From Nitrospirota bacterium (GTDB taxonomy: Bacteria; Nitrospirota; Nitrospiria; Nitrospirales; Nitrospiraceae): a stretch of DNA of 64,000 nucleotides. The stretch covers positions 1,088,001-1,152,000 of the forward strand of contig CAVPBK010000006.1 of the NCBI GenBank assembly GCA_963701855.1, read 5' to 3'. This document shows, piece by piece, positions 41,532 through 53,831 of the stretch (its first letter is position 1; each line of letters begins with the position of its first letter). The notes beneath the pieces were generated by a model, which saw nothing but the letters and a program-made list of their open reading frames with translations, made no database searches and was not told where the DNA came from. A program made the position numbers and the translations under genes.

Positions 41532-42251
41532 ATGCGTGAAGAACACATAGGCGGGTTACGGGCACGAGTCACGGGCGGCACAGATGGAAAGGGTGGAGGT
41601 CGCGGTCCGCTTGTCCTGCTTCTGCATGGTTTCGGCGCGCCAGGGGACGATCTTGTGTCGTTGGCTGACGTCTTGAACGTGCCGGCTGGCACGAGGTTTG
41701 TCTTTCCCGAAGGCCCGCTCTCGTTGAGTTTTGGGCCGAGCGATGCGCGCGCCTGGTGGCTCATTGACATGGCGCGCATTGCCGCGGATCAAGCCGCAGG
41801 CCGGGTGCGTGATCTCTCGCAAGACATTCCTAAAGGCCTGGCTCCTGCTCGCGAGACGATGCTGGCGTTTCTGAAGGAAGTCGAACACAAGTTCGGTGCG
41901 GACCCGCGGAAGACCATTCTCGGGGGATTTTCCCAGGGCGCCATGCTTTCTTGTGATGTGATGCTCAGATCGACGCAACCCTATGCCGGGTTGGTCCAAC
42001 TGTCTGGAACGCTCCTCGCCGTACAGGAATGGACTCCGCTTCTCCAGAAACGCAAGGGCCTGCCGGTGTTTCAAAGCCATGGGATGCAGGATGAGCTTCT
42101 GCCCTACGTGGGGGCAGAAAGGCTGCGCGACACTTTGATTCACTCGGGCCTTTTGGTTGAATGGCACAGTTTCCGTGGTGGCCATGAGATTCCAAGAATG
42201 GTTCTGCAGCAGCTGGGGCCGTTCATCAACAAGGCGGTCGCTCAAATATGA
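41532..42251 (+). CDS. Phospholipase/carboxylesterase
   Basis: LHGFGA, GFSQGA, HG..D, GGHEI. Confidence 0.9.
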   Translation: MREEHIGGLRARVTGGTDGKGGGRGPLVLLLHGFGAPGDDLVSLADVLNVPAGTRFVFPEGPLSLSFGPSDARAWWLIDMARIAADQAAGRVRDLSQDIPKGLAPARETMLAFLKEVEHKFGADPRKTILGGFSQGAMLSCDVMLRSTQPYAGLVQLSGTLLAVQEWTPLLQKRKGLPVFQSHGMQDELLPYVGAERLRDTLIHSGLLVEWHSFRGGHEIPRMVLQQLGPFINKAVAQI

Positions 42252-43003
42252 GTAGTCCGCACTCGTTCGAACTCGCAGCCGCAGACGGCAAAATGATTCG
42301 CGGCGATCGCTCAATTGGCCAGGATCGCCAGATTCTCTTCATCACCGGTTTCCTCTCGAAACGCTGGGGCAACAAGAGCAAGGCGCTCGCACAGTGGTGT
42401 GAAGATAAAGGGTGGGGGTTTTGCTGCTACGATGTGCGCGGGTTCGGGGAGTCAGAAGGGAGATTTACCGACTACACGTTGTCCGATTGGATCGCCGATG
42501 CGCGGCTCGTGTTGAATATGCTGCGAGAGGGACCGCCGATTTCCATAGTTGGCAATTCACTCGGAAGTTGGATCGCCTGGCTTATGGCGCAAGAGTTTCA
42601 GGAAGTTGAGCGACTGATTCTCATCGCTCCCGCATTCAACATGATGGGCGTCCGCGCGCGGTCAATTTCAGAAGAACGGCGCCATGCCTGGCTTACCGCC
42701 GGCTGGATGCCCTGGGACGACGAGCTCGCTCACAAGGATTGGCCGTTGTCATGGAAATGGGTCGAGGAAAGCGCCGGCTATTGGAAGACTAGCTTCGATC
42801 GACTCAGGCCGGTGAAAACAACGATCCTCCACGGTCTCCAAGATACGGTGATTCTACCGAGAGGGAGCAGTGAGTTCGTTGAGCAACTGCTCTCGCGCGA
42901 CCCCGCGTTCCCGGTCGAACTTCATCTGATTCCGGGCGATCATCGATTGAGCAGTCATGAACAGGTTGAACGGTTTCGCCGGCTTGTCCTTGAAACCCCA
43001 TGA
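42248..43003 (+). CDS. Alpha/beta hydrolase
   Basis: GNSLG nucleophile elbow, HG.QD, GDHRLS. Confidence 0.9.
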   Translation: MSSPHSFELAAADGKMIRGDRSIGQDRQILFITGFLSKRWGNKSKALAQWCEDKGWGFCCYDVRGFGESEGRFTDYTLSDWIADARLVLNMLREGPPISIVGNSLGSWIAWLMAQEFQEVERLILIAPAFNMMGVRARSISEERRHAWLTAGWMPWDDELAHKDWPLSWKWVEESAGYWKTSFDRLRPVKTTILHGLQDTVILPRGSSEFVEQLLSRDPAFPVELHLIPGDHRLSSHEQVERFRRLVLETP

Positions 43004-43009
43004 GGCACG

Positions 43010-43180
43010 ATGATGCTCACATTGATTCATAAAGAATGCGGTGGGCCCGCCCTGGACGAATCGCCGGTCGGCGAAGTCTGTGCCATCCCCATCGACCGGT
43101 TTCCCTTTGCTTGCTTCAGTTGCCTTGAAGAAATCGACGACGAATCGGAAGTCCGGCTCTCCGAAGAATTGGGCATTTGA
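43010..43180 (+). CDS. 56-aa acidic Zn-ribbon-like protein (not in the ORF track)
   Basis: MMLTLIHKECGG...FACFSCLEEI...; HxxC plus CxxC; GAGG RBS overlapping the upstream stop. Confidence 0.6.
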   Translation: MMLTLIHKECGGPALDESPVGEVCAIPIDRFPFACFSCLEEIDDESEVRLSEELGI

Positions 43181-43288
43181 CGGAACACACCCTTCCTCTC
43201 AGGCTCCATCCAACTGGTTGTGCAACAGGATAGGCTTTTGTTATCGTGAGCCCTTCAGCAGGGCTATATACAAGGAGAACGGTGTTCC

Positions 43289-44968
<1,680 letters not shown>

Positions 44969-44981
44969 TAAATCACCCACC

Positions 44982-45863
44982 ATGGCACCTCGTGCGATCA
45001 TCACCGGGGCGGCAGGATTGATCGGACAGTATCTTGTAAAGACCGCCACGAGATGGGCTCCGGGTTGGGATGTACAGGGGCTGACCCGTGCGGAGCTTGA
45101 TCTGACCGAGATGTTGAAGGTGGAAGCGCGGGTTCATGCGCTGAAGCCCGACCTCCTCATTCATTGTGCCGCGCTTAGCCGAACCAAGGCCTGCGAGCAA
45201 GATCCTGAACAAGCCCGCCGCATCAATGTGGAGGCCACTGCGCACCTCGCACAACTGTCCCAGGACATTCCTTTCATATTTTTGTCCAGCGGGGAAGTTT
45301 TCGATGGGAGGACCGGCTGGTATGGCGAGACGGATGAACCGAACCCGATCAACGTGTATGGTCAGACCAAGCTGGAAGCCGAACAGGCCATCATACAGAA
45401 TCCCAGACATTCAGTCGTTCGGATTGTCCTGACTGCCGGAACTTCTGAGACCGGTAATAGAAGTTTTGTCGAAGATATGTGTCGGGCTGCGAAGGCCGAC
45501 AAGGACGTGACACTCTATGTCGACGAGTTCCGCTGCCCGCTTCCTGCTGTGGTCATCGCCCGAGTCATCTGGGAATTAGTCGATCGCAAGCAGCCAGGTC
45601 TCTATCACCTGGGCGGGAGCGAACGGCTCTCGCGCTGGGAAATCGGAGAAGCCTTGCTGCCTTGGTATCCGGAGTTGAAAGGCCACCTGATAAAAGGTTC
45701 CGCACGGGACCACGTCGGGAGCCTTAGGCCTGCCGACCTCTCGCTCCGCTGCGACAAGATCCAGAGCCTCCTGTCGTTTCGTATTCCGGGGTTTTGTGAA
45801 TGGCTCGCTCAACGTCCGCGCCGAGGTGCCGACCCGTGGGACTATCTCGATAGAAGTCCGTGA
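44982..45863 (+). CDS. RmlD-like SDR (dTDP-4-dehydrorhamnose reductase family)
   Basis: ITGAAGLIG, PNPINVYGQTK, RPADLSL. Confidence 0.85.
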   Translation: MAPRAIITGAAGLIGQYLVKTATRWAPGWDVQGLTRAELDLTEMLKVEARVHALKPDLLIHCAALSRTKACEQDPEQARRINVEATAHLAQLSQDIPFIFLSSGEVFDGRTGWYGETDEPNPINVYGQTKLEAEQAIIQNPRHSVVRIVLTAGTSETGNRSFVEDMCRAAKADKDVTLYVDEFRCPLPAVVIARVIWELVDRKQPGLYHLGGSERLSRWEIGEALLPWYPELKGHLIKGSARDHVGSLRPADLSLRCDKIQSLLSFRIPGFCEWLAQRPRRGADPWDYLDRSP

Positions 45864-46123
45864 GGCGTGAATTTAGGGATCGGAACATCGGAGGACGCGA
45901 TGGTCACGGCTATGGTGGGCCTACGTTGTCAGGGGAGTGAGCATGCCTGGATGGCTCCTGACCTGACCTGGGTTGGTTGGCGCTACCGAAAGTCATCGGT
46001 ATTCCCTGGACGGAGCGACAGGCCCTCGCGAGCCGTGGAGAGTCTATCGAGAGTACCAACGGACGACGAACGCATTCTTCCCATGGTTTTCTCGGGGCTT
46101 GCAGTGAATGCATGAAAAGTGCG

Positions 46124-46486
46124 CTACCAAGATCTTGCCCCCACCAACTCGCAAGACGATTCAGTTTCCACCTGATCCAGAAAACGATTCAGCCTAGCAC
46201 GCGATGTCGCATCAATCGTTTGGATTGTCCACCCGGCATCGCGTCCTTTCGACCATTGGACGATAGCGGAGTCGATCAGTAAATACTTGGACTCTCCACC
46301 ATCGGCAAGTTCAAGGTAAACTGGCATACTCATACCCGGTGTGACCGGGTGGTCTCCCGTGGCTCGCCAGCCGGATGCCGACAGATCCCAGAGGTGACCT
46401 TTTCCGTGAAATTCCTCGCTATGGTACAGAAAGGCACAGCAGACCGAAACACGCTGCCCCGCTCGAACGACATAGGTCCTGGCCAT
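46124..46486 (-). CDS. PilZ domain protein
   Basis: RAGQR (RxxxR) and DLSASG (DxSxxG). Confidence 0.8.
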   Translation of the reverse strand: MARTYVVRAGQRVSVCCAFLYHSEEFHGKGHLWDLSASGWRATGDHPVTPGMSMPVYLELADGGESKYLLIDSAIVQWSKGRDAGWTIQTIDATSRARLNRFLDQVETESSCELVGARSW

Positions 46487-46666
46487 CTCACTCTCCTTGT
46501 CGATCGCCTTTCCTTCCAAGGTGTCTGCTCCAAACATAGCAAGGCAGCTCTTTGGCGCTATGCCTCATAAGAGGGGGCAAGGGTGATCTTGAGAGGGACA
46601 TCTTGCCGCAGTTTGATCAGAAGAAGTGAATGTAAAGGGGACCAGGAGATGGGCGGAGTAGGTGAT

Positions 46667-46888
46667 CTACTGGCTTTGCTTGAGAGTGGCGAGGCGAGCT
46701 TGGGCCGTGGTTGCTTCTTGGCTGGTTGGATAGAGACGGATCACATCTTCGTACAACTGCTTCGCGTGGGGCAGATTCATCTGGCGCTCTTCAAACTGGG
46801 CGGTCTCAAGCAGTTCCTTGGCCTTGTCGCCTGAACAGCCTAGCAACAGCATGCAACAAAACGCGCAGAGTATGAGGCGTATCGTCAT
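46667..46888 (-). CDS. Small TPR-like lipoprotein
   Basis: Lipobox LLGC; AKQLYEDVIRLYPTS..A..A..RL. Confidence 0.7.
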   Translation of the reverse strand: MTIRLILCAFCCMLLLGCSGDKAKELLETAQFEERQMNLPHAKQLYEDVIRLYPTSQEATTAQARLATLKQSQ

Positions 46889-46913
46889 TCTAGTCATCCT
46901 TTCTGGACGCATC

Positions 46914-47258
46914 CTACCGGCCTGACGCGTTGCTGTCCACTCGACCAGATGGTGATCCAACCGAATCGATGCCGTAACGCGGGGCGGTAATGCCCTCGCT
47001 TCGACAATATGGGCATCGGCTTGGGCTCGTTAAGCGTCTGCGGTCGCAAAAAACAAAGTCGCAATCCTGACAGCGTGCCGGGTCCAGAATGAATCGCCTT
47101 GTCTTGTCACGCGCAACGGTTTTCACGACGTGGGTCAGATGCTCCTCGACCTGTCGCTCGCGAATACCCAGTAGCTGTGCCAACTGGTAAGACGATAGCC
47201 TGGTGCCGGTAATCGCGTCGATGATCCGTTGACGCGGTGTCCGTTCGGGAGGCAACAT
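46914..47258 (-). CDS. HTH + Zn-ribbon predicted transcriptional regulator
   Basis: HTH SSYQLAQLLGI.E; CQDC...CPYC. Confidence 0.8.
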   Translation of the reverse strand: MLPPERTPRQRIIDAITGTRLSSYQLAQLLGIRERQVEEHLTHVVKTVARDKTRRFILDPARCQDCDFVFCDRRRLTSPSRCPYCRSEGITAPRYGIDSVGSPSGRVDSNASGR

Positions 47259-47340
47259 GCCACAACATCGTAGGACATCGGGCGAGAAAAACCAAGGCCG
47301 AGTTGAACAGTGCCGGCGTCTCTGCCAGGATACAACCATC

Positions 47341-48807
47341 ATGCTCGGTCATCCGAATCCTCATCAGGACGAACTCGCCGAACTCGTGCTGAAACGCGTG
47401 GTGGCTTCCGGCGCCGAATATGGGGACATCCGCCTCCTCGACAGCGTGACCCAGACCATTCGAGGTGAAGATCGCCGGATCGCCTCCATTCGAGAATCGC
47501 AGGACCGTGGGTTCGGGATACGGGTTCTCTATCATGGCGCTTGGGGCTTCGCGGCCAGTTCTGTGCAGTCGCTGGAAGAAGTCCCTCGTGTGGCTGAATT
47601 GGCGATCGAGATTGCCAAAGGCTCTGCGTCCGTCGCGAGCGAAAAGGTAAAACTTGCCGAAGAGGCGGTCCATCGAGACCGGGTCGTCACGGAACGGCGG
47701 ATCGATCCGTTTGCCGTCGCGATCGAGAAGAAAACAGCGCTGCTCCTGGACACGATGGAGTCTGTCCATCGGCAGCCCGGCATCGTGCGGAGCAGCGCGA
47801 ACCTATGGGCTCGTCGGGACCGTAAGCTCTTCGTGTCGACCGAAGGGTCGCGTCTGGAATTCGACCTCCTTGCCGTGAACGGAGATTTCGATGCCACGGC
47901 GATCCATGACGGGCGGTTCGCCTCGCGGAGCTTCAATACGCCGCATCTTCGAACGGGCTATGAATTGATCGAGGGCGCGAATTTTTTAGCCGAGGCCTCA
48001 CGCCTCGCGTTTCAAGCCGTTGAGAAGGTGAAGGCGCCCATCACCGAACCGGGTCTCTACGATCTCGTCCTTGATCCTGAACATCTGTCGCTCACGATGC
48101 ATGAGTCCTGTGGCCATCCAAGCGAGCTCGACCGCGCGCTTGGGTATGAGGCCAACTATGCGGGCACCAGCTTTCTCACGACCGACAAACGAGGAACCTT
48201 TCGATACGGCTCTCCGCACGTGAATCTGGTGGCCGACAACGGTGAACCGGAGACCCTCGCCGCAACCGGCTACGACGATGATGGCGTGGCATGTCAGCGA
48301 TGGGACATTGTGCGCGACGGGATCTTCGTCGGCTATTGCACGAACCGCGAGGTTGCGACGAAGATCGGCGAGACGCGCTCACGCGGTTCCAATCGTGCGG
48401 ACAGCTGGGGGAGCGTCCCGATCGTTCGTATCGCCAACATCGGCCTTGAGCCAGGTTCCGCCACCCTCGATGAGTTACTTGCCGATGTGACGCGGGGCAT
48501 CTACATCGAAGGCCACGGGTCCTACAGCATCGATCAACGGCGGTATAACTTCCAGTTCGGCGGCGATGCATTTTGGCTGATCGAGAATGGGAAACGAACC
48601 CACATGATTCGCGATGTCGTCTACCATGGAATCACGCCGGAGTTTTGGAATAGTTGCGACGGGGTTGCGGATCGATCGCATCGACGGCGGTATGGGTTTA
48701 TCACGTGTGGAAAAGGCCAGCCTGCCCAGTCCGGCTGGATGACTCATGCGGCGTCCCACGCGCGGTTCCGCAACGTCAGCGTCATCGGAGGGCAGGCCGG
48801 ATCATGA
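47341..48807 (+). CDS. tldD: TldD metalloprotease
   Basis: HESCGHPSELD, DDDGV, CGKGQP. Confidence 0.9.
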   Translation: MLGHPNPHQDELAELVLKRVVASGAEYGDIRLLDSVTQTIRGEDRRIASIRESQDRGFGIRVLYHGAWGFAASSVQSLEEVPRVAELAIEIAKGSASVASEKVKLAEEAVHRDRVVTERRIDPFAVAIEKKTALLLDTMESVHRQPGIVRSSANLWARRDRKLFVSTEGSRLEFDLLAVNGDFDATAIHDGRFASRSFNTPHLRTGYELIEGANFLAEASRLAFQAVEKVKAPITEPGLYDLVLDPEHLSLTMHESCGHPSELDRALGYEANYAGTSFLTTDKRGTFRYGSPHVNLVADNGEPETLAATGYDDDGVACQRWDIVRDGIFVGYCTNREVATKIGETRSRGSNRADSWGSVPIVRIANIGLEPGSATLDELLADVTRGIYIEGHGSYSIDQRRYNFQFGGDAFWLIENGKRTHMIRDVVYHGITPEFWNSCDGVADRSHRRRYGFITCGKGQPAQSGWMTHAASHARFRNVSVIGGQAGS

Positions 48808-50147
48808 ATACGACCGGTCACAAAACCTGGCCGAAGCTGACAAGCCGGGAGGAGTTCAGATTTCTCGCGGATCTGGTCCTCAAACATTCGACCGGCGATC
48901 ACACGCTGGTGTCGTTGCACGATCAGCAGAGCGGGACGACGCGGTTTGCGAACAATCAGATCATTCAGAACATCGATACAAGACGCGGGTCTTTGAATGT
49001 GACGGTGGCGTTCGAGCGTCGTCACGGCACCGCCGGCACGACGGACTTTACCGCGGGGGCGGTGCAAGAGGCGGTGGTCAGAGCCACGCAGATCGCGCGT
49101 TTGTCGCCGGACGATCTAGAATACCTCCCACCGGTGGAGCCACAGCAATATCCGACGACACCTACAACGCGACCAGAAACTGCCGTGGCAGGGCCGGCCC
49201 GTCGGCTGGAATACACGAACGAGGCGATCGGGCAATGCCGGATGGAAAATCTGGGCGCAGCCGGTATTGTATCCTCGTCGATGGCGACGGTTGGAGTGGC
49301 CGCGAGCACGGGGCTTTTTGCCCATGAAGAACGGACTGATGCACGATTCAGTCTCACAGTTCAGGCCGGCGAGGCCACAGGCTGGGGTGCCGCGGCCCAT
49401 CGGTCCATCGATCATCTGAAGGTCCAGGAACGGACACTCACCGCGATCGATAGAGCCAAGCGGGGCCTGGAGGTGCGCGAGCTGCCGCCGGGGCGCTATA
49501 CCGTGATCCTTGAGCCGGCTGCCGTCGCGGGGCTGTGGTCCTCGCTGCTCTGGACGCTCGATGCGAAATCCTACGAGAAAGGGACGAGTGCACTCTCAGG
49601 CAAATTGGGACAATTGATCGTCGACAAGCGATTGACGCTGCGCAATCTGCCGTCGCACGAGGATCTCTTGGGCATTGGGTTCACCACTGATGGATTGCCG
49701 ACCGTGGCATCCGACTGGATTGTAGACGGGATACTCACACAGCTTGCGTATGATCGGTTCACTGCAAAGGAGCGTGGGGTCGACAAGATTCCCACGCTCG
49801 ATGCTCCCTGCCTCTCAGGAAGAGGATCCTTTTTGCCGAGCCTACAGGATTTAATCAAGAGCACGGAACGCGCCATCCTCGTGACGAACTTCTGGTACAT
49901 CCGGACGGTCAATCCGACCGACCTTACCCTGACCGGTATGACGAGAGATGGCACATTTCTCGTCGAAAATGGAGCGATCATGTCGGCGGTGAAAAACTTT
50001 CGGTTTCACGAGAGCCCTCTGCGAGTGTTCAACCGGATCGTGGCTTTCACCAATCCGGCTGAAGCGATCACGTCCGAAACCGGCAAGCTTCTCGTGCCGG
50101 CGATGACGCTTCGCGACTTTAACTTTTCCAGCGTCACCCGATTCTGA
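48804..50147 (+). CDS. TldE/PmbA family protein
   Basis: TRFANN, PPGRYTVILEPAAV, TGMTRDG; start overlaps the tldD stop. Confidence 0.85.
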   Translation: MNTTGHKTWPKLTSREEFRFLADLVLKHSTGDHTLVSLHDQQSGTTRFANNQIIQNIDTRRGSLNVTVAFERRHGTAGTTDFTAGAVQEAVVRATQIARLSPDDLEYLPPVEPQQYPTTPTTRPETAVAGPARRLEYTNEAIGQCRMENLGAAGIVSSSMATVGVAASTGLFAHEERTDARFSLTVQAGEATGWGAAAHRSIDHLKVQERTLTAIDRAKRGLEVRELPPGRYTVILEPAAVAGLWSSLLWTLDAKSYEKGTSALSGKLGQLIVDKRLTLRNLPSHEDLLGIGFTTDGLPTVASDWIVDGILTQLAYDRFTAKERGVDKIPTLDAPCLSGRGSFLPSLQDLIKSTERAILVTNFWYIRTVNPTDLTLTGMTRDGTFLVENGAIMSAVKNFRFHESPLRVFNRIVAFTNPAEAITSETGKLLVPAMTLRDFNFSSVTRF

Positions 50148-50424
50148 GGTTCGCCTGTCCGAGCGGACAACCTACCATCAATTTGTTGACTCGGCGGGAG
50201 AGCAGAGATACACAAGAGTGTGGGGAATGGAGTGAGTCTGACAAGATGGTGTCTCATGGCGGTGCTGGGAGCGAGCTTGTTAGGCGCCGGTTGCAATTTC
50301 GCAAGAACTTCGACGCAAGAGGATCTCGGACAAGGAATCGCGCGGGGCACGCTGAGAGCCCAACAGAGCGGCGACGTGCAGCTCGCTATGCCGACTAATG
50401 TTTTTTCTCTAACTAATCGGAACA

Positions 50425-52137
50425 TTGATCGAGGCGAAGGATCGTACTAAATCAAGCTCAGGTCTGATAAACAGGCTCATGCAGGTTAGAAGAGGATCGA
50501 TGTTCGCTACATTCTTGGTTGTAGGTATGGCCTGTTGGCTTGCGATATTCTCATTGGCGGAAGCCGCGCTTGCTGACCAGACCGATGCTCCGCCGCTCTT
50601 CGACAATCTGGGCTCCCTCCACCATTCCATCACCACCACATCGGAACAGACTCAACGGTATTTTGATCAGGGGCTCCGACTCGTCTATGCCTTCAACCAC
50701 GAAGAAGCGATCCGGTCGTTTGAGGCTGCGATCCAACAGGACCCTCAGGCACCCATGCCCTATTGGGGAATTGCTCTGGCACTCGGCCCCAACATCAATA
50801 GTGCGATGGAAAAGAAACACGAACGTCGCGCCGTTGAGATGGTAGAAAAGGCTCGACGACTGGCAGATCACACAACTCGTGAGGAAAAGGCCTATATCGA
50901 AGCGTTGGTCCTGCGGTACGTGAGCCGGAAGGGGGCCAACCGCCAGGGACTCAATGAGGCCTATGCGAAGGCCATGAGATCGGTGGCGCAGCAATTCCCC
51001 GAGGATGATGATGCGGCCACCCTGTTTACGGAGGCGCTGATGGATTTGCGGCCCTGGGATTTTTGGAAACCGGATGGGCGACCGCAGCCTGGCACAGACG
51101 AGATCGTTACTACGCTCGAGTCTGTGCTCGCGCGAAACCCTGATCATCCGGGGGCCTGCCACTACTACCTGCATGCAGTTGAGGCGTCATTGGAGCCGGA
51201 ACGGGCCTTGCCCTGTGCGGAACGGCTGCCGAATCTCATGCCGGGCGCCGGCCATCTCGTTCATATGCCTGCACATATTTACATGCGGGTCGGGAGGTAC
51301 CACGAAGCAGTGGAGCGGAATCAGCAGGCAGCCCACGTCGATGAGCAATACACGGCCACTCAACACCCAACCGGCGAGTATACCGATGGCTATTACAAAC
51401 ACAATCTACATTTTCTCTGGGCGTCCCTGGCAATGGAGGGGCGTAATGTCGAAGCCATGAAGGCTGCTCGCGACTTGACGGCGACCATTACAGCGGAGGA
51501 AGCCAGCAAAGACCGTTCGAAGGAACTTTACCTCCCGACGCCGATTTTTTCGATGATTCGGTTCAGTCGGTGGGAGGAGTTGCTCAGGGAACCTCCGCCG
51601 CCCAAGGGGTTACGTTTGATGGAAGGGATGTGGAGACTGGGGCGAGGGCTGGCTCTTGTTTCAACCGGCCGACTCCCCGGGGCGGAGGGTGAACACGTTG
51701 TCCTTGCCGGCCTCACAAAGCAGATCCGTCGGGATCGCACGACAGAAGAAAAGACCGAACGGGCGCTTCTCAAGATTGCTGAGCGAGTCCTGTCAGGAGA
51801 GATCGCTGTCCGCCGCCAGCGCTACAATGACGCGATTCGGCTGTTTGAGGACGCGATCAAAATAGAAGAGGCACTTCCATACTCGGAGCCGCCACTCTGG
51901 CCATTGTCCGTACGGCACCATTTGGGGACAGCGCTCTTACTGGCCGATCGCCCGTCAGAAGCGGAAGCGGCCTATCATGCGGATCTTCTGCGACATCCGG
52001 ACAACGGGTGGGCGCTGATCGGATTGATCCAGAGCCTGCGAGCCCAACAGAAGGATGATCAGGCAACTGAGGCCGAAGATCGGTTCAAGAAGGCCTGGGC
52101 TCATGCCGACTTCACTCCGGCTGCGTCTCGGATGTAA
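50425..52137 (+). CDS. Secreted TPR protein
   Basis: Signal-like N-terminus; YAFNHEEA, WGIALALGPNIN, HYYLHAVE, HLVHMPAHIY. Confidence 0.85.
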   Translation: MIEAKDRTKSSSGLINRLMQVRRGSMFATFLVVGMACWLAIFSLAEAALADQTDAPPLFDNLGSLHHSITTTSEQTQRYFDQGLRLVYAFNHEEAIRSFEAAIQQDPQAPMPYWGIALALGPNINSAMEKKHERRAVEMVEKARRLADHTTREEKAYIEALVLRYVSRKGANRQGLNEAYAKAMRSVAQQFPEDDDAATLFTEALMDLRPWDFWKPDGRPQPGTDEIVTTLESVLARNPDHPGACHYYLHAVEASLEPERALPCAERLPNLMPGAGHLVHMPAHIYMRVGRYHEAVERNQQAAHVDEQYTATQHPTGEYTDGYYKHNLHFLWASLAMEGRNVEAMKAARDLTATITAEEASKDRSKELYLPTPIFSMIRFSRWEELLREPPPPKGLRLMEGMWRLGRGLALVSTGRLPGAEGEHVVLAGLTKQIRRDRTTEEKTERALLKIAERVLSGEIAVRRQRYNDAIRLFEDAIKIEEALPYSEPPLWPLSVRHHLGTALLLADRPSEAEAAYHADLLRHPDNGWALIGLIQSLRAQQKDDQATEAEDRFKKAWAHADFTPAASRM

Positions 52138-52144
52138 AGCATGA

Positions 52145-52201
52145 GCGAGACAAATAAGACGTGCGAGACATGAACCGCCCCGCTTTTCTCACAAGTCTCG
52201 C
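52145..52201. repeat. Family D intergenic hairpin repeat
   Basis: GCGAGACAAATAAGACGTG...CCGCTTTTCTCACAAGTCTCGC; similar to 53531-53634. Confidence 0.55.
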
Positions 52202-52259
52202 ATGTGAGGTGTAAGGTTTCACAAAGCTATTCGACCGAGTCAGTGAGGAGGGTTGTTTC

Positions 52260-52880
52260 ATGAGAAGACAAATCACCCGATCGGTTCTTACTGTGGCCAT
52301 CCTTCTCATCGGAGCTTGGAGCGTGCAATCGATCAGCCAGGCTGCAGCTGGTGCGACTCCAGTCAAAGCGTACTTCGCGGGGGGGTGTTTTTGGTGCATG
52401 GAAGAAGTCTTCGAGAAGGTTGAAGGGGTGCTGTCCGCAACCTCGGGGTATATGGGGGGGACGGTCGCCAGTCCGAGCTATGAAGAGGTGTCTGCTGGAC
52501 GAACAGGGCATGCTGAATCGGTCGAAGTAATCTATGACCCGGCCAAAGTGAGTTATCAGAAGTTACTAGAGGCTTTCTGGCACAACGTCGATCCGATCAC
52601 ACCGAACGCACAGTTCTGTGACCACGGCAGTCAGTATCGCTCTGCCATTTTCTTTCAGACGGATGAAGAGAAACGCGCGTCGGAGGCCTCCAAACAGGGA
52701 ATCGAGCAATCGAGGCGATTCACAGAGCCAATCGTCACGCAGATTGTGATGGCCTCGCAGTTCTATCCCGCCGAGGAGTACCATCAGGATTTCTACAAAA
52801 AGAACCCTGTGCGCTACAAATTCTACAAATATAATTGCGGTCGCGCCCAGCGGCTGGAAACGTTGTGGGGAAAACCTTAA
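52260..52880 (+). CDS. msrA: Peptide methionine sulfoxide reductase A (with signal peptide)
   Basis: FAGGCFWCME, TGHAE, FYPAEEYHQDFY. Confidence 0.97.
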   Translation: MRRQITRSVLTVAILLIGAWSVQSISQAAAGATPVKAYFAGGCFWCMEEVFEKVEGVLSATSGYMGGTVASPSYEEVSAGRTGHAESVEVIYDPAKVSYQKLLEAFWHNVDPITPNAQFCDHGSQYRSAIFFQTDEEKRASEASKQGIEQSRRFTEPIVTQIVMASQFYPAEEYHQDFYKKNPVRYKFYKYNCGRAQRLETLWGKP

Positions 52881-52996
52881 CCCGCGCGTCTTACTTTCTA
52901 TTGCCCTGACCCATCGCAAGAGTCTCGCGACAAGCCCCCCGCCCTCGGTGTATATTTCTGATCCCAGCAACTGGTGCCGATTCTTTACCTAATGAG

Positions 52997-53515
52997 GTGC
53001 AGTCCGTGAAACGTCCGATCCGGCAATCGATTAGAAAACCTGTGATCGGTGTCATGGGTCCGGCCAAGGCCGGTATCAAAGAATTGGTCGATGCCAAAAT
53101 CTTGGGAGAACTCATCGCGCGTCAAGGATGGGTGGTGTTGACAGGCGGGCGCGCGAGCGGCGTGATGGACGCGGCTAGCGAGGGGGCGAAGTCGGTGCCA
53201 GGAAGCTTGACGATTGGAATTCTTCCGGATGGCAAAACGCAGGTGTCTCGGTACGTGGATGTAGCGATTGTCACGGATTTAGGCCAGGCGCGTAACAACG
53301 TGAATGTGATGTCCAGCGATGTCATTGTGGCCTGTGGGCTCGGCGGCACAGGAACGGTCTCAGAGGTTGCACTGGCGCTGAAGGCAAAGAAGACTGTGAT
53401 ATTATTGGGAGCCGATAAAACCGGGGTGGGCCTGTTCAAAAACCTCGCGCCGCATCTCGTCCATGCCGCTGCCTCTCCCGAAGAGGCGGTCAAGCTGATC
53501 GGCGATCTCCTGTAG
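52997..53515 (+). CDS. LOG/SLOG family protein (TIGR00725-like)
   Basis: LTGG..GVMDAA, TIGILP, ARN, GTGTVSEVALA. Confidence 0.85.
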   Translation: MQSVKRPIRQSIRKPVIGVMGPAKAGIKELVDAKILGELIARQGWVVLTGGRASGVMDAASEGAKSVPGSLTIGILPDGKTQVSRYVDVAIVTDLGQARNNVNVMSSDVIVACGLGGTGTVSEVALALKAKKTVILLGADKTGVGLFKNLAPHLVHAAASPEEAVKLIGDLL

Positions 53516-53530
53516 CGCATGAAGCCTGAA

Positions 53531-53634
53531 CGAGACAAGCAAGACGTGTGCGATAGGCGCAACTCGGATTTCGAATTTCAGAAAACCTCAGCCGTCAGAT
53601 TATCTCACCCGTCCCGCTTTTCCCGCCAGTCTCG
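53531..53634. repeat. Family D intergenic hairpin repeat
   Basis: CGAGACAAGCAAGACGTG...CCGCTTTTCCCGCCAGTCTCG. Confidence 0.55.
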
Positions 53635-53831
53635 CGCGGCTATCCTGGGGGTATAGGCAACAGTTCTCAAACGTCCATTTCGAGCACATTAGGCCAGAGT
53701 AAGCACTGTGGCAGATATGCCGTTTTCCTATGCCATCAGTACGTTAGTGGAGACTTACCCAGGCATGGGTCTTGAGAGCTTAACAGGCTTCTATGAAGGT
53801 TATCTCGTGCACAGGGATGTAAGCGCACACT

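Noticed and set aside
45867..46120. c-di-GMP riboswitch or small gene near the PilZ gene
   Set aside because: No recognisable consensus, and the region lies downstream of both flanking genes
50220..50450. Small lipoprotein-like ORF
   Set aside because: A lipobox-like LGAGC is present but the remainder looks like a fragment with no clear start; cannot be supported
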